The notes under the pieces are model-generated. The model saw nothing but the letters and a program-made list of their open reading frames with translations, made no database searches and was not told the DNA's origin. This document shows, in pieces, positions 55,360-64,000 of a stretch of DNA of 64,000 bases (its first letter is position 1; each line of letters begins with the position of its first letter). The stretch comes from Lophium mytilinum (Eukaryota). Location of the stretch: the NCBI GenBank assembly GCA_010093605.1, contig MU004195.1, forward strand, positions 558,001 through 622,000, read 5' to 3'. The position numbers and the translations under genes are program-made.

Positions 55360-55915
55360 CGATGCTCTAATTAAAGACACTGGAAATGATATCATGAGAT
55401 CTTGGACGGTTAATGGACCTCAGAGGCGACAGATGGTTATTTGGGGTGTTAAAATGGCAGTCCTACACGCCCGCTTGATGATGCAAAGCCACAGAGAGAA
55501 AGCATTGCCTTAGAGAAGAGAGGCGTCCAATCTGCAGGCTATGGAAATGACATCGCAGGCATCAGGAAGATGAGTGGGCCTGAGAGGCTCTTTATAGTCA
55601 CCTGCGGCGTCAAAACGGTAGTCTCGCACCCCTAACTAGAAGATAATACAACGTCAAAAGGATGAGGGATTAGGCTCGAGAAGAGGGTCGTCCAGTTTGC
55701 CGATCGCCGGAAATGGCATCATGAGAATTGGAAGGCTGAACAGGCAGGACAGTCCTCAGATGGTTAACCCATTCCTGGACAGACGTGCTCCAGTCTGCAG
55801 CCCCCGGAAACTACATCGTGAAAATCAGGAAATTGGATAGACAAGAGAGTCTTCAAACAGCTGAACACGACTAGAAATGCAGTGGTCTAATCTACACCTT
55901 CACAGACTTGACATG
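55360..55915 (+). repeat. Array of the same degenerate repeat family (plus-strand copies)
   Basis: Cores GGAAATGATATC 55382, GGAAATGACATC 55543, GGAAATGGCATC 55709, GGAAACTACATC 55806, and a partial at 55904. Spacings 161, 166, 97 and 98 nt. Confidence 0.8.
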
Positions 55916-56083
55916 TGGTTTTTCAAAGGATTTTCAATCAAGAGAGAGAAAAGAACGCATTCACACTACAAAGGTATCTCGTACGATCCAAGACAGTTCT
56001 CAGACTTCACCAACGAGACACCACAATACCTCTAGTCGTTACGCCAGTGGAAGCAAAGCCTTTCCGAGGAAGATCTCAACCCT

Positions 56084-57343
56084 TCAAATAGAAGACGGCA
56101 GCGTAAATTCCATCCGGACGTTTTTCAAGGCAGACCGCTCCGCAATTTTGCGCAAGTGATAGCCAGCAATTTCATCCTGAACAATGCCCTCTCGCAGCAT
56201 AGTCATCTGAACGTTGACAGTTTCCAAATTTGGTAGCCATGTAGAATCCGCATCCGCCAGGTCATCAAGATGACCTATGATCGCAAGATTGCAATTCTTT
56301 AAGACAAGCGACACGAGCGACGACGGTAGATGGTCCACGAGACGCAGTCCGGTTCCGTGCCTCCATGCGGAAAGTTCGCCTAGTTGGAACTGGTCCCAGA
56401 TCAATGTGTGTAGCTTTTGAAAGTCCCTCATCGAGCCCTTCTCATTCGAAATTAGATCAGCTTGAAAGTGCGAGTCACTCAAGCTCCAGTGAATTGTCTC
56501 GAGAGAGCTGCGATGCTCCAAAAGATATGTTCCTGGAGAACGGGCACACCATGACGTGTTGCCGACAGAGACGAAATTCCTTAATGCTTTGCTAGAGCTA
56601 ATCAGTTTACTGAAGACGCCGGCAGAGAACGAACCCTCTTCAAGTATGATTGAGGCGACTGAGGAACTCCTTACGGGGCATTTCCATTGGGAGGCATCAA
56701 TAATGCTATGTACTGCACCCCTAAGTTGAAAAGTCTCCAGCGAGGGTAAACAAAGGAAGCCAGAGACAGTAATAATATCGATATTCCATTTCGAGTCTCG
56801 GCAGTCAAGATCAACAATCTTCAAATAACCGAAAATTCCCGGTATTTCCCTAGGAGCCTTTTGCAAGACCAAACTCAAAATGAGCCACGAAACGCGAATG
56901 AGGTCCATTGATTCGAGATGAAGGTATTCTAATTTTGGAGCAAGAGTCATAATGAGAAAGAAGGCCACTGCCTCCTGCGGGCGACCCTCGGATACAGAAG
57001 TTGAAGTTCGAGGAAAGTCCTTGGTGTCGACAAGGCGTAGGATGGTATCAAGCTCGCCGTTGTACACTCGCTTTACTCCACGTAGTGCAAGCCTCCTCAC
57101 GTGCGCAGCCAAGTCCGGCCGATCAATGATGGTGTTGGCAAACGGTGAAAGTTCACGACGCACGTCAAGATTGACATATTCATGGTAGAGGAAAGGGTTT
57201 GCGAGAGTGTTGAGTCTCTTCGAGGTGAGTGAAAGAGCGAAGAACGTGGACTTTTGGAGGCGGGCGGAAAGATTCAAAGTTGTACGCACAAAGGAAAGAA
57301 TATCCAAAAGAAGTTCCGAGGGAAGATCTAGCAGCACGGCCAT
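56084..57343 (-). CDS. F-box-like domain protein with LRR-like C-terminus
   Basis: MAVLLDLPSELLLDILSFV...LSLTSKRLNTLANPFLY...FANTIIDRPDLAAHVRRL. Intronless. Confidence 0.75.
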   Translation of the reverse strand: MAVLLDLPSELLLDILSFVRTTLNLSARLQKSTFFALSLTSKRLNTLANPFLYHEYVNLDVRRELSPFANTIIDRPDLAAHVRRLALRGVKRVYNGELDTILRLVDTKDFPRTSTSVSEGRPQEAVAFFLIMTLAPKLEYLHLESMDLIRVSWLILSLVLQKAPREIPGIFGYLKIVDLDCRDSKWNIDIITVSGFLCLPSLETFQLRGAVHSIIDASQWKCPVRSSSVASIILEEGSFSAGVFSKLISSSKALRNFVSVGNTSWCARSPGTYLLEHRSSLETIHWSLSDSHFQADLISNEKGSMRDFQKLHTLIWDQFQLGELSAWRHGTGLRLVDHLPSSLVSLVLKNCNLAIIGHLDDLADADSTWLPNLETVNVQMTMLREGIVQDEIAGYHLRKIAERSALKNVRMEFTLPSSI

Positions 57344-59347
57344 GGTCTCGTGGAGCAAACGCTTCCGGTCAATACGGTGTTGGTGGATGTGGTGAAGTCT
57401 CACCGCCTCAATGCTTCATTTCGGAACGAAGAGGGGAACCAAGGCGCTAGTCTAACCTAGACCTAGCACGATCTGTACAAAAATAGAATCCTAGACCCCG
57501 GTTTCCTGGTTTGCGAGCCCACCTACTGCATACCCATGTCTGATCTCTAAATTTGCTACTGAAGAAGCCCTGAACGATAAATATACTTTCTTGAGCTTGA
57601 ATTCGGGGACCATTGATCTTTTCTTGGGGAGTGGCGTTAGTTGCAAGTTTAGAACTTCGGCCTCGGATGCAAGCACTCGCAATGCCCTCTTTGAGATCTT
57701 TCCCTTGCTAGGCAGTCCAAAAGGCGTCGTTAGTAATCGATCCGAGGTCTGCTAATTGCTTTCTAACCGCCCTGTTTAACTGGCAGGTGGAAAGGGGCTG
57801 CTTCTTAAGAAACCCGAGAGGCCCGGTGCTCTCACACACTTCTTCAGCATCGCTTTGCCTTGACTACTGTCCTCACAGTCCTCCGAATCATGATATCGGG
57901 TCATTTCGAGCTAATGTAGGTGGCTGGGCCGGGAACAACGACGCCGAAGCGAAGGAGCTTACCCCTGTTCAACCTCATCCCTATCAGGATATCGCGCTAT
58001 ATGGGAAGCAACTAGAGGAGCTAAAATAGTCACGGAGACGTCACATTGAGCTTTTATCTGATCTGGATTCTGGATGCAGTCATGAATTACGATGTCTGAA
58101 TCGAATAGTGGGGGTTCACGACGATATGTGGACGTGGGAATGGGCATACGCAGTGCTTTGCAAGCTGACCTCCTGTACGTCTCCTTCCTCGCTGACCACC
58201 TGACACGAGAAAAAGTGGCTTGCAGCAATCTCTTGTACATAGCCCGTGTGGCGTGACGACGAGGAAGGGAGGTAAGGTTGACAGGCCGCTGAGGACGCTG
58301 ACGGAAACTGTACTCGGGCTATCCTAACCGAACGTTTTGCATGCAGGTCGTAATTGAATGGAGAGGGCTCATGGCTCTGTGCTCCCTATTGGAGACCTCG
58401 CTTTCACAGGCCTACGTTGGGTTAGCTGTCCTGGCTGTCCAGGCGACCGAAAATGCACATATACCCGACAGCTGTGCTCGCCGTACTGATATGCGGACCA
58501 CACGGAAGCCTTTCAGTCTATCCTTCATGAGCCAAGCGAGGATGAAAATCAGATCAGAGAAGCCCTATTGCTTGGACGGTCAATCAATTCCATCAACCCA
58601 AGTATACGCAGGAAGTGTTGATCCAGGCTACAAAAGCCCTTCCGCCGTTCGTGAGCTTAAAGCCCACCCAACTCTAGAAAGCAGCCACTATTTTTTCATG
58701 CTGCGGAAGGACCGAAAGAGATTCTATGTGGCTTCCAAAGCCCTGAGCACCAAGACGTCTTTCCAGCCATAGGTTCTGTAAGCACATTCTCTCGCCTGAT
58801 TGCATCGATCTTCGACGACAACTATCAACTCCTTGTCACGCCCCGCAGCTGCCCTACCTCATCCCGGGTGTGTCAGCCGCCGGCTGCTATCTAATAGGCG
58901 ACGGCTCCGGCGACTTTCCTGGCGGATTGGGCTATCCACTCGCTCAGAAGAGAAGTGACGGGGCCGGAGGCTGATAGCGCCGCGTTGCGCAGAAGATCCA
59001 GACCGTCAGGGCCGTGAAAGAGAGCCCGGGTTCCCCGTCCTGCCAGACGGCGCCAGTCTGCACGCATGGCGAACTCGCAGCTCGCATGCAAGCCGCCCAA
59101 ACGTGCCGCTGGTAGTGCACCTTGATCACGAGTAAAAAGCAACGATTAGCTTGCGCGCATAGCGACATACCGTATGCGGAGAGTAGTGCTTCGTGCTGTT
59201 GCGCAACATACTTTACCTTTAGTAGAGCCCATGGCCGCGCTAGGAGGTAGACCATCGAACAACCGCAGACAAACCGGCACTCTGGGCAGCCTTCCGAGGT
59301 TCATTTAAGCCTTGCAAGATTCCCATCTCCCGGGTCTTGAGTGCCAG

Positions 59348-61404
59348 ATGGCTGCCACACGCCTACGCATATTAGTGCTTAGCACGGCAAGCCTTCTGGC
59401 AACGGTTTCAGCAACAATACCAGCAGTCTTCGAGCCACTCGACGCGATAACATACTTTTGCGGGCGGTGGGAGCACTCCTCCATTGTCAAAAATGATATA
59501 CTTTACATCAACGGCGGCGCCGAGACTTTCAATTATCCTTTGGCCTTTCAGCATGGAAACTGGAGCAACAATACTTACGGGCTCAATACATACCTCCTTG
59601 AATATGACCTGAAAACCTCCTGGGACTGGAAGACCAATATTAGCTACTCCGCCTTCGAGAAGACGCCGAATCCCGGCACTGGTACTCTGCCTCCGAATTT
59701 CATTCGCGGAACCATGTTTCAAGGGCCTGCGAATGATTCAGAACTTTATACATACGGCGGCACTACGTTTCGTGGGAACATGTCAGTCGCGAACCGGAGC
59801 GCAAGCTATTCGCAACAATATTCTCTGTGGTCCTTCGACTCCGCCAGCAACGCGTGGGGTCAGTACGACCTCAAGCAAAACTGGAGGCCCAATTTCGGCG
59901 CGGCTGCGGAAGCGTATGACCAAGGCCTCGCGTTTTATCTCAATGGCCAAATCGATGTCGGTACAGATCAAGGAACCCTAGACTTTGGAAACACCACCAT
60001 ATATATAGATGGTATGCTTGTCATTGACCTGGTAAGACAAACCGCGGTGAACATCTCTACTACTGGGATGAAAGACTATATCCCAAGAGTCGGAGGAGCT
60101 TTACAGTACGTTCCCGGAGTAGGCGACGACGGCGTCTTGGTGGCAATTGGGGGTCAAGTAGATGAGAAGTCTAGAGTCAGCACTCCCACGAGTGGGCAGT
60201 TGGTGAGTTCTCTTTTTTTATGCTTCAAGACGTCAACCTGGTGGTACACGGACAGTTTAGCGCTAGGAATGCGTAAGCACCAGACCCACTATTGCCCTTA
60301 CACTTGCATTGACGCCTTCCCGTACGATTGGCTAATACGCTCTACCAGCTGAACTTTACAGCCGTCGATGTTTTCGATATTGGGTCGTACCTAACTGATC
60401 CATCCAAAAATGGTACTTGGTATAGCCAAATCACGACCGGCGAAATACCTCTTCCACGTACCGAGTTCTGCACCGCCATAGTCTCCGCGCCGGATAACTC
60501 CAGTCATAATATGTACGTCTATGCTAAGCGAAGACATGCTCTCGCGGAGCACTGCCTTGGTTCTACCTCTCTTCCCGTTCGACTTGCGCTAACACCACTT
60601 TACAGCTACGTCTATGGTGGGCACAACCCTCTCACCGCCGTAATATACGACGACATCTACGTTCTCTCCCTGCCTACATTCACTTGGACACAGATCTTCA
60701 CAGGTAAGTCTCCACGCTGGGGCCACACCTGCCACATCGTCGGGAACCGGCAACTCCTCACAGTCGGCGGCCAAACACATACCAGACCCGAAAAAGGCTG
60801 CGATTGGGAATACAGATCCGTCGCCGTCTACGACATGACAAATCTCACTTGGGGCAGTATATACAACGCGGAAGCCGCGCCATGGGAAGTCCCAGGTGTC
60901 CTGTCGAACACGTTGAACGGCAAGAACTCCGAGCCGGTTGGCGGCTGGGATGAGCCGGGCCTCGAAGCCATAATGACAAAAACGCGTATCTGGTCAGCCG
61001 GCCCGGTAACCTCAACACCACAAGGCCGCTCCAGCAGACATCACATCCCCAAAGCCGTCATCATCGGCGCAACAATCGGGGGCATCATGGGTCTTGTTCT
61101 CATAGGTTTCGCCGTGATGCTCTTCCGCCGGGGCCACTTCATACGAAGAGCGAAGGAGCGCTTCGAGCTCCAAGGAGTGCATAAGCTGGAGATGAGCCAA
61201 GACTCCGAGAAGAAGAAATACGAGCTACAGGGCACGTTCGTGTGCGCGGAGATGGACGAGGTGTGCTCGCCTGCTGAGGCACCGCGTGATACGGTCACGT
61301 ATGCGGCAGAGCTGCCGGCTACGACTGTGCAAAAAGGAGCGCTGTGGGGGGTACCGATCGTGCGCACGCCAACGGAGGAGAATGCCGAGTTTCAGGCGCC
61401 GTGA
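59348..61404 (+). CDS. Kelch-repeat type I membrane protein; introns 60203-60348 and 60513-60605
   Basis: Signal peptide, Kelch blades (LYINGG, LYTYGG, LVAIGG, YVYGG, LTVGG), PRWGHTC, TM helix AVIIGATIGGIMGLVLIGFAVMLF then RR, and cytoplasmic ELxG/ELP motifs. Confidence 0.88.
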
Positions 61405-61678
61405 TCTGAGTTACCTTTTGACTGGCTGAGCTCCTGGCCATGGGGGCGCCCCTCACGGTGGTGTTGGGCGAGCAAGGCTGAAGCCGAAGTGGCTAGATAT
61501 CTGTAGATGGGATAGGTTATGAGAAATGACTACATATAAAGGGCCAAGTTTCATGCTCTGTAATCTGATTTACCTTTTGACTGGCTGAGCTCCTGGCCAT
61601 GGGGGCGCCCCTGACAGTGGTGTCGAGCGAGTAAGGCTGAAGTAAGTCGAAGCGGCTAGATATCTGTAGATGGAATAG
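61402..61678 (+). repeat. Direct repeat of ~115 bp (61402-61515 and 61561-61678)
   Basis: TTACCTTTTGACTGGCTGAGCTCCTGGCCATGGGGGCGCCCCT...GGCTAGATATCTGTAGATGG occurs twice. Confidence 0.95.
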
Positions 61679-61851
61679 ATAATTAGAATCTCTACATATT
61701 AGGGGCCTCAGGGGAAAAAAGGTGGATTTTCTCATCTCTATTTTGTTTATCCGAAGACTTTCTATTGGTTAGTTTTCGCTGACTCAGCATCAATGCCGAG
61801 AGATGCAACGTCCGCCCAATGATTCCTAGAAACACAACGTCAACCCACAAG

Positions 61852-63791
61852 ATGGGGCCATCACGCACCCTCACCTTCTTCGCTTTGTTTTTGCCTGCCT
61901 TTGCAATGGCAGCTTGGTGGTGGTTTCAGGCCTTGGTTGGCTTTGGAGTCCTCCAAACTTCAATTGCTGTCAACAGTCCGCGAGGCGTGGACATCTGGTG
62001 TGGGAAAGCCTATCGGAACACGTGAGCCGTCTACTTCTTTACGCTTTCTTAGGGGCAATCAATAATACTACAATTAGGGACTCTTCTTTTGATCCTGGTG
62101 GATTTCTAGAAGAACCAAGAACGACCTCGAAGACGCCTCTTTTGGACCTCCGTGTTTATCCTCGAATGGACAGATACCTAGAAAATGATGTTGATGGATC
62201 CTTCATCGTTGATGCACCTCTTTCCTACGTTTACGGGACACCTTTCTCTAATTCCACGTTTCTACCCGGGACCAACAATGTCATTCCCCTCACCACACTC
62301 AAGATCCAAATCATAAGCTCAAATACAGGAGACGTCCTCGTCCCTTGGACTGATGTGGGGGTCAACACTACTGCAATTGAGATCCACTTTCCCCTTCACC
62401 TTCTCCCCGCAACCCATGTACCATATCCTATCAGCGTTATATGTGCCTCTGCCGATGGTCTTCAAACGTTCCAGACCACAACGCTAGTGAGAGTACTCCC
62501 AGCTCGTAACGATACCGGTAGCGTCGTCCGAGTAGACCAGAGGTACGGCGGCCTAGAGGTCCGTTCTTCACGTACGCTTGGTCTCTGGAAGGGCGTCCTC
62601 CCCTTTTCCTTCTACACCAGCTGGGACTGGATCTCCTCAACCATCACCAACAGCTCGTCCCCAACCAACCTCACCGACTTCCGCTCCAAAGGCTTCAACT
62701 TAATTCATCCCGTACCCCCCGGCGGCACCGACCCCTTCAACCACACCGTCTTCTCCCGCTTCCTCGACATCTGCGACGAGCTCGAAATCTACGTCATGTA
62801 CGACATGCGCCACACGTACCAAAACCACTCCTCTCTCACCGCGCAAATCGCCAGCCTGCAATCCCACCCCTCGCTCCTCCTCTACTACACGGCCGACGAG
62901 CCCGACGGCCAAACCGACCCGCTCAATGCCACCTCAACCGCGTACGGCTGGCTCCAGGAGGCAGACCCCTACCACCCGGTTTCCCTGGTGCTGAACTGCG
63001 CGAACTTCCACTTCGGCGAGTACACCGCCGGTGCCGACATCATCCTCGAAGACACGTATCCTCTGGCTACGAACAACACCTACAGTGTCGTGTACGACAC
63101 GGCTTGTAACACCACCTACGGCTGCTGCGGCTGCGACAACTGCCACGCATACGACGCCGCGTATCCGGCGTACGTAGCAAACCCATTCCTAGATGTCTCG
63201 AACCGAATACAAACCTACGGGAAGTACCAAGAATGGCTCGGGCTCGCGGCGTTAGCGGAGCAGGGCAAGGGGCGGAAGAGTATCTGGGGCGTGCCGCAGG
63301 CGTTCTACGACCAAGGGAGTTTCTGGAAGCGGTGGCCGACGGGGAAAGAGGAGGCGGTGATGGCGGCGCTAAGGCTGAATCATGGGGCGAAGGGGGTGGT
63401 GGCGTGGATTTATCCGACGGATGGGGCGGTGGAGGAGGCGATGAGTGGGTTGGCGAGGGTGGTTACGGGGGATTTGGTGAAGGCGTTTTTGCTTTATACG
63501 ATGCCGGTGGATGGGGTGGTTGAGGGGGTTGGTGCAGGGTTGGTGGATGTGAAGTTTTGGTGGGGTGGGGAGGTGGGTGGGAAAGCGCTGGTTACGCTGA
63601 TGTACATGGGGTATTCAAGCACAGCTAGCGGAGTTGAGCTGTCATTGCCAGGGAGGCGGGTGGGAGTGGTAGAGAGTGTGCTCTATGGCTCTCACGGATG
63701 GAGTGTTGAGGATGGGAAGCTCATCAAGCAAGGCGGGCTTGAGGCGCTGGAGGTCGGCATCTTCCTCGTTGAAATTAGGGGTGGGTATTAG
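61852..63791 (+). CDS. Uncharacterised glycoside hydrolase superfamily (TIM-barrel) protein with N-terminal hydrophobic segment; intron 62022-62077
   Basis: DIWCGKAYRNT|DSSFDPGG, YVMYDMRHTYQN, LLYYTADEPDG, DPYHPVSLVLNC, GADIILEDTYP, CNTTYGCCGCDNC, WGVPQAF, NHGAKGVVAW. The start could instead be 61819. Confidence 0.8.
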
Positions 63792-64000
63792 GTAAGATGC
63801 AGTAAGCTAGCATTAGTCGCTGTAAACTTCCCACTCCTTTTGAAAGCATGTTGAAAGTATGCAGTAGACGTAAGTTAAAGACTCTCAACACGAGTACTGA
63901 TTGGCAAGCGATTTCGGACAATGCAGAGAGAAACAGTGAGAAGGTTTAGGTGAGTTCATTGTTCGTTTCCAGGAACTCTAGCTACTGTTTGGGATGCTCT

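Noticed and set aside
52737..55915. Repeat units translate as GNxIxxIxxLxxxxxL, superficially like SDS22-type LRRs; also considered as a CRISPR-like array
   Set aside because: Spacings (161, 166, 97, 79, 163) are mostly not multiples of 3, frames break just before the GN, and stops are frequent. The spacers are themselves homologous and the genome is eukaryotic. A decayed LRR gene cannot be fully excluded.
57450..59300. Several 60-140 codon ORFs between the F-box and Kelch genes
   Set aside because: No motifs, codon bias or splice pattern supporting a gene.

Overview
Intron-containing genomic DNA from a filamentous ascomycete (Pezizomycotina), with GT-AG introns and CTRAY branch sites. It holds about 25 protein-coding loci. 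A conserved core pair, SEC16 and NEO1, is transcribed divergently. Around it lie accessory genes: MFS and other transporters, a PhyH dioxygenase, an O-methyltransferase, a P450, a Zn2Cys6 TF, F-box-like/2EXR/DUF7730 proteins and several secreted proteins. Highlights, all from manual reading with no database searches: (i) a degenerate, transition-rich repeat family in two oppositely oriented arrays on either side of the P450; (ii) a tandem pair of minimal USP deubiquitinases with a putative Cys-His-Ser triad, a shared upstream motif, HMG-box-like sites and an intron present in only one copy; (iii) an M35-like metalloprotease fused to an Ecp2/Hce2-like domain; (iv) an intronless, bacterial-like two-DTG aspartic protease; (v) a Cys-rich secreted protein missed by the ORF track; (vi) two MITEs, one hAT-like and one Tc1/mariner-like; (vii) a GC-AG intron, a frameshifted DUF7730 gene and a split GH17/But2 locus; (viii) a recurrent C-rich to G-rich switch at the 3' ends of coding sequences. 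No tRNA, rRNA or CRISPR array was seen.
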